Source: a bacterium
GTDB taxonomy: Bacteria; UBA8248
Direction of reading: 5' to 3'
Assembly: GCA_965213685.1 (NCBI GenBank)
Contig: CBDBZY010000044.1
Location: forward strand, 172,346-236,345
DNA: 64,000 nt
Shown: positions 10,159-18,892 of the stretch, piece by piece
Numbering within the stretch: the first letter of the stretch is position 1
How the letters are laid out: each line of letters starts with the position of its first letter
Notes under the pieces: generated by a model
What the model saw: the letters and a program-made list of their open reading frames with translations, nothing else
Databases searched by the model: none
Told to the model about the DNA's origin: nothing
Position numbers and translations under genes: made by a program

Positions 10159-11316
10159 CTACGCGCCCCCGATAGTCCAGTCCCGCCCGTCGTCGCCGTA
10201 GCCCTCCGAGCCGTCTTCGGTGACGACCACGGTGTCCTCGAGTTTCACGAAGCCCACCTCGGGGTTCTTCAGGTCGGTCTCGATGGACAGCACCATTCCG
10301 GTTTCGAGCCCCCTGCTCTCGTAGGTGGCGGGGTAGGGCACGACGCCGGAGGACGTGAGATGCGGCGCTTCGTGCTGGATGATGCCCATGCCGTGGGCGA
10401 GGAAGACCATCGCCTCGCCGTGGTCGCACCTGGCCTGCTCGGCGAGGGCGGCTTCATAGATTTCGCGTCCGGTGACCCCCGGGCGCACGACCGCGCGGGC
10501 GGCCGCCTGCACCGCCTGGATTTCGCCGAGCAAATCCTCCATGAGCGGCGTGGGCTCGCCCATGACGGCCATGCGACAAAGGTCGCCTAGGTATCCTTGC
10601 TTGTTGCCGCCGGAATCGAGCGAGAGGATGTTCCCCTCGTCCCATGTGGCGTTCGAGGGCGCGCGGTTGTAGCTGGGGCCCGTGCAGGTGAGGCAGTACT
10701 CGAAATCGAGCCCTTTCCGGGTTTCGATTCTTCGCATCTCCTCGGCGATTTCGTATGTGGTGGCACCGGGAGGGGTGCTCTGCATGACGCTGAGCATACA
10801 TTCGACGATCGCCTCGGAGGCTTCCCGCAACAGGGTGAGTTCATTCTCCCGCTTCACCGCCCGCAACTCTTCGAGCATATGCACGGCGTCGACGAACCTG
10901 GCGTCCGGCAACTCTTCCTGAAGCGCCTCGTAGGTGTCCGCCGGAAGGAAGCATTTCTCCACGGCGACCGTCCCCTTCTCGTGGCCGAGCCTGCGGATGA
11001 GGTCGGCTGCGTCCTTCCCCGCCTGGTCGCTGTGCCACTGGTTGTTCCGCTTCTCTGGCACCCATACAGGTTCGACCTCCTGCTGCCAGCCCTCCATGAC
11101 GTTGCCGATGTAGAACGCCTTGTCGGACGCGCCCCTCGGCAGGCCCACCATCGGCAGATAGCGGCTGACGCCGATGGCGTCCTTGTGGGCGAAGAAGAAG
11201 AATTTATAGCCGCCGAGCAGGTACTGGACGTTTTCTTTCGAGGAGGCAAGCACGACGTCCGCACCCTCGTCCTCCATCAGGGCGTTGAGCTTCTCTTCAT
11301 CAAAGGGCAAGGTCAT
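10159..11316 (-). CDS. M24 family (Xaa-Pro aminopeptidase-like) metallohydrolase
   Basis: Metal ligands D..GYLGDLCR, HGMG, SIET, KLEDT; creatinase-type N-terminal domain. Confidence 0.85.
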   Translation of the reverse strand: MTLPFDEEKLNALMEDEGADVVLASSKENVQYLLGGYKFFFFAHKDAIGVSRYLPMVGLPRGASDKAFYIGNVMEGWQQEVEPVWVPEKRNNQWHSDQAGKDAADLIRRLGHEKGTVAVEKCFLPADTYEALQEELPDARFVDAVHMLEELRAVKRENELTLLREASEAIVECMLSVMQSTPPGATTYEIAEEMRRIETRKGLDFEYCLTCTGPSYNRAPSNATWDEGNILSLDSGGNKQGYLGDLCRMAVMGEPTPLMEDLLGEIQAVQAAARAVVRPGVTGREIYEAALAEQARCDHGEAMVFLAHGMGIIQHEAPHLTSSGVVPYPATYESRGLETGMVLSIETDLKNPEVGFVKLEDTVVVTEDGSEGYGDDGRDWTIGGA

Positions 11317-11561
11317 GGCCGGTTCCTCTCCAATGTGGGATGCGCAAGGTGCTTTTCCGGATCGCATGTCAAGGTATCAACAAATGCCCGTCTCCCGGAG
11401 GTGGAGGAAGTATCGGAGGATGCGCTGTCCTGACGGGTGGTCGGGCAACGCTTCGTAAATGAGAAAGCGTGTCATGCGGGTCTGAAAAAAGCAAGCGCAC
11501 CAGCCGCCCATGACGCCGCCGCCGTTCGCGTCCGGGCGCATGCCGCTTTCCCCCCAAGGTA

Positions 11562-12338
11562 TCAGAACTGGACGAAGCCGCCGTCCACGTTAATGGCCTG
11601 CCCGGTGATGCCGCCGGAGTCGTCGCACGCCAGGAGAAGCGCCAGCGGGGCGCATTCTTCCGCGTCGATGAAACGCTTCATCGGCACCCTGTTTCTCAGC
11701 GCCTCCGCCTGCTCTTCAAAAGTCCTGCCCGTCTCGTCGGCCCATCTCTGGATGCTCTCCTCGAACATGGGGGTGGAGACGAAGGTGGGACAGATGCAGT
11801 TCGCCGTGATGCCGAACGGGGCGACTTCGGCGGAGAGTGCCTTGGTGAGGCCCAGGACGGCGTGTTTCGACGCCGCGTAGGCGCTCCTGTAGGCCAGTCC
11901 GATTTTGCCCGAGACGGACGCCACGTTGATGATCTTGCCGGATTTGCGCGCGAGCATGGAGGGCAGAACCTCCCGAATCGCCGTGAACGGGGCTTTCGCG
12001 TTGATCTGCATGGTGCGCTCCCACACCTCGTCGGGAAGCGCGTGCACCGCCTCGAAGCTCACGACGCCGGCGTTGTTCACCAGGATGTCTATCGGGCCGA
12101 GGGTGCGCGCCGTTTCGCGCAGCGCATCGAGGATGTCCTGATCCCGCATGACGTCGCACCGGCAGACGAGCGCCTCCCGCCCCATCGCCCCTATCTCCCT
12201 GGCGAGCGCCTCGAGTTTGCCCGTGGAGCGGGCGGCGAGGGCGAGGTTCGCCCCCTCTGCGGCGAAGGCGCGCGCGATGGCACCACCGATGCCGCCGGAT
12301 GCGCCCGTGATGAATGCGACCTTGTCTTTGAGTTTCAT
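11562..12338 (-). CDS. Short-chain dehydrogenase/reductase
   Basis: TGASGGIG, NNAG, YAASK, GITGQAINVDGG. Confidence 0.9.
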   Translation of the reverse strand: MKLKDKVAFITGASGGIGGAIARAFAAEGANLALAARSTGKLEALAREIGAMGREALVCRCDVMRDQDILDALRETARTLGPIDILVNNAGVVSFEAVHALPDEVWERTMQINAKAPFTAIREVLPSMLARKSGKIINVASVSGKIGLAYRSAYAASKHAVLGLTKALSAEVAPFGITANCICPTFVSTPMFEESIQRWADETGRTFEEQAEALRNRVPMKRFIDAEECAPLALLLACDDSGGITGQAINVDGGFVQF

Positions 12339-12447
12339 GCGTTCTCCCTGGTGGATGAGATGAATGGTCGATAGCCCCCTCCCATGCGCCGCCTCTTCCG
12401 GGAGCTTGCCGGGGAGGACGCGCCCCCCGGCTTTCGGGAGCGCCTCC

Positions 12448-13713
12448 TCAGCGGCAGACCTCCCGGACGATGGCCTCGAATTCCGCATCCTCCAGCTGCC
12501 GCTTGCGCCAGCGGATTTCCCCCCGGACCCGCTCGACCACGTCTTTTTCCTTCTCCTGCGGGAGGTCGAGGCCCAGCTCCCGCGCCTTGGCGCGTATCGC
12601 CCAGTTTCCCGAATAGTGCCCCAAAAGATTGTGCATCCGGTTTCCGAACATCTCCGGCTTCATGCACGAATACGCCCAGAAGCCCTCCTCGGTGTCGGGC
12701 ACGCAATAGTGGACCTCGACCAGGTGCGAGAACGCCGTCTTGCCGACGAAGGGCATGGTGTTCGTCATGGGCCACTTCATGATGTCGGAGACGAGCCTGG
12801 AGAGTTCAGACATTTTCTCGAGCCGGATGCCGCAGTCGATCCCGTAATAAATCTGGATCACGGCGGCGACCTCGGCCAGGGGCGCGATGTGGGCGCGCTC
12901 GCCCAGGCCGTTCACGCAGGCGTCGAGCAGGTCGGCGCCGCCCTCCAGCCCCGCATACAGCGCGGCGCACGCCAGGCCGATGTCGTTGTGGGTGTGCAGG
13001 CCGATTTGCGTGCCGGGCAGCAGGCGCTTCATCTCGCGGACGACGTAGGTGTATACCGGCGCGATGGCCATGCCGTTGATGTCGTCGAGCTTGATCATGT
13101 CGGCGCCCGCGTCCACGAGTCCGCCGCATACCTCGGCCAGCCGCTCGATGGGAATGCGCGTGCAGTCCTGGATCAGGCAGCCCACCTTCTTGTCGGCGCC
13201 GGACTTCTCCCGGGCGTAGGCCACGGAGCCGCAGGCGCGCTCTATGGCCTGCTCGATGGTGATGTCCCGGTCTCCGGCCATCGATTCAAAAAGGCACATC
13301 TGGTTCGGCGAGAAGGAAAAGCAAAGGGTCGTGTAATCCGCCCCGTGCTCCACGTTCAGGTCGACTTCCACCTTGGCGAGTTCGGGGTTCAGGACGGCGG
13401 TGGGATGGACGAGGGCCTCCACGATGAGGTGCGGATGCCGCTTTTTCACCTCCTCCATCTCCTTGGGGTCGTCGTGGTGCATCTGCACCATGCGCACGCC
13501 GGCGTCGACGAGCGCATCGGCGATGCGGATGACCTCATCGCGCCGCAAGGACACGCCGGGGAGCTGCCGCCCCTCCCGCAAGGTGATGTCGCAGAGCTGG
13601 AATTTCTCGGGAAGCGTCATCCGCGAGCGGATCTCCTCCGAGAAGCAGTGCTGCGATATCCTCCACTGCTCGGTGACGGGTCGCAAGTCGCTGTTGACCG
13701 GATAGCCTGGCAT
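12448..13713 (-). CDS. DRE-TIM metallolyase (homocitrate/isopropylmalate synthase-like)
   Basis: DITLREGRQ, GLHTHNDIG, NGLGERA, PFVGKTAFSH. No LeuA regulatory domain. Confidence 0.8.
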   Translation of the reverse strand: MPGYPVNSDLRPVTEQWRISQHCFSEEIRSRMTLPEKFQLCDITLREGRQLPGVSLRRDEVIRIADALVDAGVRMVQMHHDDPKEMEEVKKRHPHLIVEALVHPTAVLNPELAKVEVDLNVEHGADYTTLCFSFSPNQMCLFESMAGDRDITIEQAIERACGSVAYAREKSGADKKVGCLIQDCTRIPIERLAEVCGGLVDAGADMIKLDDINGMAIAPVYTYVVREMKRLLPGTQIGLHTHNDIGLACAALYAGLEGGADLLDACVNGLGERAHIAPLAEVAAVIQIYYGIDCGIRLEKMSELSRLVSDIMKWPMTNTMPFVGKTAFSHLVEVHYCVPDTEEGFWAYSCMKPEMFGNRMHNLLGHYSGNWAIRAKARELGLDLPQEKEKDVVERVRGEIRWRKRQLEDAEFEAIVREVCR

Positions 13714-13796
13714 TCCAGCCTCCTTTTCTCTGATGGGATGACGCCGCCGCCGCGCGGCGATGCGGGAAAACGGACGATCCGTGACGCATGGGCATA

Positions 13797-14897
13797 TCAG
13801 CACCCGCTTTTTCTGTCGGGGGCGATTTGGAGAATCTCCGCTGATTGCAGGACTTCGCTCTCGGACGCGCCCCCCGCCACGAGAATCCGCCGCCTCCCGA
13901 TCCGGGTGGCGGTGTGCAGGCGCCTGGGACGTTTCATCTCGCCGCCCACCAGCCGGAAGCAGCCCCCCTCGGGTTCAAACACCTCCGCGCTGGCCAGGGT
14001 CCGGCCCCCGCCGCCCCAGCCCCCGATGAGAACGACCCTGCCGTCTGCGAGCAATGTGGCGGTGTGCTGCTGCCGCCGCACCCGCAGTTTGTTTTTCAGG
14101 GAGACGAAAGTTTCCGTTTCGGGGTCGAACACCTCCGCGCTGTCCAGCGTTTTCTCCCTCCCGAGGCCGCCCGTGATGAGGACGCGCCCGTCTCGCAGCC
14201 GGGTGGCGGTATGTCGGCTCCTTTGTGTCGTGAGGCTTCTCACCAGGCGCGTTCTCCCCTGGGAGGGGATATAGCGCTCCGCGTATCGCGCCGCCCGTCC
14301 CTGTGCGCCGCCGACGAGGAGGATGGCGCCTCCCTCCAGCATGGTGGCGCTGTGCTGCTGGCGCGCGACGAGCATGGGCCTTCGCGCGGGGGTGAAACGC
14401 CCCTCGTCGGCCGCGTAGATTTCCAGGTGGCGAACCGCGCGCTTCCCGTCGTTGCCGCCGGCGATGAGGAGGTCTCCGCCGGGCAGTCTCGTCGCCGTGT
14501 GATCATAGCGGCCATGCTTCATCAGGACGCGCGAGACGGGGCCTCCGCCGGGTTGTATGAGGAGGGAATCCCGGAGCGCCTCGCCCCCTTGCGTCCAGCC
14601 GCCGGAGATGAGGACGCCGCCCTTCAGGAGGGTGGCCTTGTGCCAGCCGCGCGCCCGCAGGCCTGCAGCCTGGCGGGAGCGAAAAACTCCCTGGAGCGGG
14701 TGGTATGTTTCCAGGCTGGCGAGCGGGGAGGTTTTTGTGAGTCCCGCGATGAGCAGGATTTCCCCGGATGCGAGCCTCGTGGCGGTATGCCCGTGCCGGG
14801 GGGTGCCCATGCTTCCCGCCGGGGAGAAATCCCCCTCGCCGCCGCAGGCGGCCAGGGCGACGCCGAGCAGAAAGCATGCGGCCGTTCGCGTTCCCAT
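13797..14897 (-). CDS. Kelch-repeat beta-propeller lipoprotein
   Basis: Signal peptide with LAAC lipobox, then seven R..H(T/S/K)AT.L..G.(V/I)L..GG-type repeats. Confidence 0.85.
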   Translation of the reverse strand: MGTRTAACFLLGVALAACGGEGDFSPAGSMGTPRHGHTATRLASGEILLIAGLTKTSPLASLETYHPLQGVFRSRQAAGLRARGWHKATLLKGGVLISGGWTQGGEALRDSLLIQPGGGPVSRVLMKHGRYDHTATRLPGGDLLIAGGNDGKRAVRHLEIYAADEGRFTPARRPMLVARQQHSATMLEGGAILLVGGAQGRAARYAERYIPSQGRTRLVRSLTTQRSRHTATRLRDGRVLITGGLGREKTLDSAEVFDPETETFVSLKNKLRVRRQQHTATLLADGRVVLIGGWGGGGRTLASAEVFEPEGGCFRLVGGEMKRPRRLHTATRIGRRRILVAGGASESEVLQSAEILQIAPDRKSGC

Positions 14898-15018
14898 CTC
14901 GCCCGCCCTTTCGTTTGGCCCGCCCGGGAGGGGGAGGCTTCTTCCCGAAAGCCCCCCGGAGTCATGTATGGTATAATAGTTTCTCATGTTCAAAATCCAT
15001 TCCGTGCGTGGAGCCGTT

Positions 15019-15966
15019 ATGCGCGAGGCGGAGGAGGTGCGAAACGTCGCGGTCGTCGGCGGCGGATATGTGGGCCGGGGCGTGGCGCAGCAGTTCGCGG
15101 GGGCGAACTTTCGCGTCCTGGTGTACAACCGAAGCGCGGAGAGCGCCGCCCGTGCGCGCGCGGAAGTCGAAAAAAGCCTGGACATCCTCGTCGAGGCCGG
15201 CGTGAAGAGCAGGGGGGACGCGCGCGATATTCTGGAGCGCATCGCCTGGACCCGAAACTTCCGGGAGGCCGTCTCGGGCGGCGATTTCGTCGTGGAGGCG
15301 GTCAGCGAAGACTTGGCGCTCAAGCGGGATGTCTTCGAGCGGATGGATGCGATAGCTCCTCCGGACGTGATACTGGCGAGCGAAACCTCCGGCCTGGGGA
15401 TGACGGAAATCTCGGCGCGGACGAGGCGCCCCGAGCGCTGCATCGTTACGCACAATTATACGCCGCCTCACCTGATCCCCGTCGTGGAGGTGGCGGCCGG
15501 CCGCCGGACGAGCCCGGAGACGACGCGCATCACGTGCGCGCTGCTGGAAAAATCGGGCAAGCGGCCCGTCCTGTGCCGGGAGGTGCCGGGGCACATCGGG
15601 GTGCGGCTCACGACGGCGCTCCGGCGCGAGGCGTTTCACATCGTCGAAAAAGGGCATGCGAGCCCCGAGGCCGTCGACGCCGTGTGGCGCGCCCTCGCCC
15701 CCCTTTTCCCGGTGTTGGGGGTGTGCATGCTCAGCGATTTCTCCGGCCTCGACGTGCTGCGCGACGTGCATCGGCATATCCAGCCCTCTCTGGATCACCG
15801 GGGGGAAGCCTCCGCCCTCATGGAGCGGATGGTGGAGAACAACCGGCTCGGCGTGAAGAGCGGCGAGGGGTTCTATCGCTGGTCGGCGGAGTCCGCCCGC
15901 GAGGCGGCACAGCGGCGGGATGCGGAGCTGATTCGCTGGCTCGGGAAAGGCGACGCTTCGGAATAG
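15019..15966 (+). CDS. 3-hydroxyacyl-CoA dehydrogenase family protein
   Basis: VAVVGGGYVG, VEAVSEDLALK, ILASETS, HNYTPP..IPVVEV, LGVKSGEGFY. Confidence 0.85.
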   Translation: MREAEEVRNVAVVGGGYVGRGVAQQFAGANFRVLVYNRSAESAARARAEVEKSLDILVEAGVKSRGDARDILERIAWTRNFREAVSGGDFVVEAVSEDLALKRDVFERMDAIAPPDVILASETSGLGMTEISARTRRPERCIVTHNYTPPHLIPVVEVAAGRRTSPETTRITCALLEKSGKRPVLCREVPGHIGVRLTTALRREAFHIVEKGHASPEAVDAVWRALAPLFPVLGVCMLSDFSGLDVLRDVHRHIQPSLDHRGEASALMERMVENNRLGVKSGEGFYRWSAESAREAAQRRDAELIRWLGKGDASE

Positions 15967-16021
15967 GGGCGGGTTCAAAACGCATGGATGCACTTTCATT
16001 CGTCATTCGGGAGGGACGCGC

Positions 16022-17239
16022 ATGGTGGATTACGTTCTGGACGATGATCTGAAAGCCTGGCGGGAGAGAATCGCCGCATTCTCGCGGGATGAGTTGCGGC
16101 CCCACGCCGCGGAATGGGATCGCCGAAACGGCGTGGAGCCTGCGCATCCCTTCCCCATGGAGGCCTTGAGAAAAGCCTCGAGGGCGGGCATCAGAACCCT
16201 GACGGTGCCGAAGGAGATGGGCGGTGCGGGCCTGGGCATATTCGCGCACGTGGTGCTGCTCGAGGAGCTTTTTCAGGGGGAGGCGGGCTTCGCCTCGGTC
16301 ATCCACCAGGGCTGGAAGCTGGCCAAGATGCTCTGCCATTTTACGACCGACGCGCAGCGGGCGGAGTTCCTCCCCCGCTTCATGGACGTGGACACCTCCA
16401 CCATGGCCATCGGCATGACGGAGCCGGGAGCGGGGACGGACAACATCATGCCCGCCACGAACGTCGACGGCGGAGCGCGGCTGTCCGCCGTGAAGCGGGG
16501 GGATCGCTGGATACTGAACGGGACGAAGCACTTCATCGCCTGCGCGGCGATGAGCAACGTCAACTTCGTGCTCGGCAGGACGAACCCGAACGTTCCCGTC
16601 AACGAGGGAACCACCATGTTCATCACCACCGACGAGATGCCCGGCTTCCGGCGCGGGACCATCCACGGGAAGCTGGGCGCGCGCCTGCTCATGAACGGCG
16701 AGCTCATCTACGAGAACGCCGAGGTGCCCGACGCCTGGCGCCTGAGCGCGGTGGATGAGGGGCTGCCCTACATGGCCCGCGTCTTCGCCCGGCACTCGCC
16801 CACCACCGCCACCTTCGGCATAGGCATCGCGCGGGCCGCCTTCGAGGACGCCATGGCCTACGCGAAGGAGCGCGTCCAGGGAGGAAAACCCATCATCGAG
16901 CACGCCCGGATTCGCGAGCTGCTGGCCGACATGTATGTGGGCATCACCGTCGCGCGCGACGCCGTCTGGCGCGCCGCCTGGCACGCGGACACGGCCTCCG
17001 AGGGTGCCTACGATCACAAGGAGGGGATGCGCGCCGCCCTGTTCGCCTCCGAGATGGCCCCCCAGGTGTGCATCAAGGCGATGAACGTCTTCGGCGGCAA
17101 CGGCTACATGGACACCCATCCGGCCGAGCGCCACCTGCGCGACGCGATGATGTGCTACCACATCGATGGCCTGAACGACACCACGCGCCTGAAGCTGGGC
17201 CGCCTCCTGGCGGGAGAGGCGTTCGCCGGCGCGCTGTAG
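16022..17239 (+). CDS. Acyl-CoA dehydrogenase
   Basis: GMTEPGAGTD, LNGTKHFI, YAKERVQGGKPI, FGGNGY....ERHLRD. Confidence 0.9.
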   Translation: MVDYVLDDDLKAWRERIAAFSRDELRPHAAEWDRRNGVEPAHPFPMEALRKASRAGIRTLTVPKEMGGAGLGIFAHVVLLEELFQGEAGFASVIHQGWKLAKMLCHFTTDAQRAEFLPRFMDVDTSTMAIGMTEPGAGTDNIMPATNVDGGARLSAVKRGDRWILNGTKHFIACAAMSNVNFVLGRTNPNVPVNEGTTMFITTDEMPGFRRGTIHGKLGARLLMNGELIYENAEVPDAWRLSAVDEGLPYMARVFARHSPTTATFGIGIARAAFEDAMAYAKERVQGGKPIIEHARIRELLADMYVGITVARDAVWRAAWHADTASEGAYDHKEGMRAALFASEMAPQVCIKAMNVFGGNGYMDTHPAERHLRDAMMCYHIDGLNDTTRLKLGRLLAGEAFAGAL

Positions 17240-17345
17240 GGCGAGCGCCTCGGTTCGTCGATTCGGGATGGCGGAGGGGTTTCCTCATGGCCTCATCGGG
17301 GTGCCCGCCGATAGGGGCCTGTGGCGGCGGCGCGCTCCCCCGGGG

Positions 17346-18176
17346 CTAGGCGACGCCGCGTTTCCTCTTCCATTTCCGGAAATCTCTCCGGGCCTCTTCC
17401 GGCAACGCATGCCCGGGCTGCTTGTGATGGCACTCCACGCACAGGGCGCAGAGGTTTGCCAAACGATTGTCGGATTTGTCCCCGTTCATGTGATGGGCGT
17501 GAAGAAATTTTCTCGCTCTTTCCTCTTCGAGCAGGATGTCGCACTCCTCGCATCGCCACTGCGCTCTCTCCCGGCATATGCGTGAAAATGTTCCTTTATG
17601 GGAGGAATACGTGTTCGGGGGGACGGTGAGGAAATCCGGGTTTTTGGGGCGGGAGACTTTCGTCTCTCCATATTTTTCAAAGAATTCCTGCAGGGAAAAT
17701 TTGGCATATATTTGGTTTCTTTTAGTTTGTCCTCTTTTAGACCATCCACCTATGTTGTAACCCTTGTAGTTCAAACACCCTAAGCAATTTCTACATACGC
17801 GCATCTTTTTGAGTTTTTCTTTCGACGCGTTCTCGCGAACCCAAAAATTCCCGTCCGTCCGGGTCGATGCAACATATCTGTTGTTAAATCGGTCGGTCCT
17901 TTGGAACTCTTGTATGGTGTTGCAATTCGCCACATGGAATTTGTATGTATCATAATGAGCGTGTTGGTCCCGAATATAGACGAGAACCTTGCGCCCCTTG
18001 AAGGTTATTGGGTCGTGGGGGCCGGTCACCCCTATCTCATCCGGGGTAACAGATACCCCTTCCCCACCCAGGATAATGTCTATTTTTGTGGGCCCTTGCG
18101 GGTCAGGAACCAGTTTTTCGATGCCCATTTTCCAGAGAACCGCATCCAATTCGTCAAATCCGACATCAATTTTCAT
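17346..18176 (-). CDS. zorE: HNH endonuclease, ZorE-like effector
   Basis: C-terminal WRCEEC..LHAHHMNGDKSDN..NLCALCVECH HNH/Zn motif. ATG overlaps the zorB stop (ATGA). Symbol assigned from operon context. Confidence 0.7.
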   Translation of the reverse strand: MKIDVGFDELDAVLWKMGIEKLVPDPQGPTKIDIILGGEGVSVTPDEIGVTGPHDPITFKGRKVLVYIRDQHAHYDTYKFHVANCNTIQEFQRTDRFNNRYVASTRTDGNFWVRENASKEKLKKMRVCRNCLGCLNYKGYNIGGWSKRGQTKRNQIYAKFSLQEFFEKYGETKVSRPKNPDFLTVPPNTYSSHKGTFSRICRERAQWRCEECDILLEEERARKFLHAHHMNGDKSDNRLANLCALCVECHHKQPGHALPEEARRDFRKWKRKRGVA

Positions 18177-18892
18177 GGCTTCCCCTTCTCGTTGATGATC
18201 TGCACGATTCTTTTCTCCGCGTTCGTCCGCACGCGAAACTCCACCCTCCTGGATCGCTCCCGGTTCTCGCGGCCATTCTCCAGCACCGGCTTGCTCGAGG
18301 AGAGGCCGTTCGCGGTGAGCCTCCGCTTGAGCCACCCGAAATCCCGGGATACCGCCGCCAGATTCAATACGTATTCCAGAACCGCCCGCGTCCTTTGCTG
18401 GGAGAGTTCCATGTTCTTGAAATAGGCGGTTTTCGCGTCGGGCGATATCCCCCACTCGCTGGAGGTGTGGCCTTCGATGCGCACCTCCTCGATGTCGGCC
18501 TTGTATTTCGGGCCGGTGAGAATCTTCACGTATCGGGGGAAGAAGTCGACGAGGATGTTCTGAAACTTCTCTTTCAGTGCGGCTTCCGCCTGCCCGAAAA
18601 GCACCTCGGGCTCCTGGAAGGTGATGGACAACGTGGCGCGATCTATCTGCGCGGACCATCTCGGCAGGTCATCCGCAAACTCGCGCTTCAGGTCGTCATA
18701 CAGGCTGTCCTGGAGGCGGTTGTAGGTGACGGCGATTTCCTCGATGCGCTGCTTGTCCGCCTGTACCGTGACCATGAATATGACGGTCAGGAACATGAAG
18801 ATCATCATGGTCACGGCCATGACGTCCGCGATGGATATCCACGGCCCTTCATTTTCTTCTTCCTGGAGTGCATCAACGTCATGCATCGCCAT
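18173..18892 (-). CDS. zorB: ZorB, MotB/OmpA-like peptidoglycan-binding membrane protein
   Basis: WISIADVM TM helix with the conserved Asp, RIEGHTSS, NMELSQQR, RSRRVEFRV. Confidence 0.85.
   Translation of the reverse strand: MAMHDVDALQEEENEGPWISIADVMAVTMMIFMFLTVIFMVTVQADKQRIEEIAVTYNRLQDSLYDDLKREFADDLPRWSAQIDRATLSITFQEPEVLFGQAEAALKEKFQNILVDFFPRYVKILTGPKYKADIEEVRIEGHTSSEWGISPDAKTAYFKNMELSQQRTRAVLEYVLNLAAVSRDFGWLKRRLTANGLSSSKPVLENGRENRERSRRVEFRVRTNAEKRIVQIINEKGKP

Noticed and set aside
18177-18659. 437-aa version of the HNH ORF starting at 18659
   Set aside because: The extension overlaps zorB out of frame. ATG 18176, with an ATGA overlap and a purine-rich RBS, is the better start.
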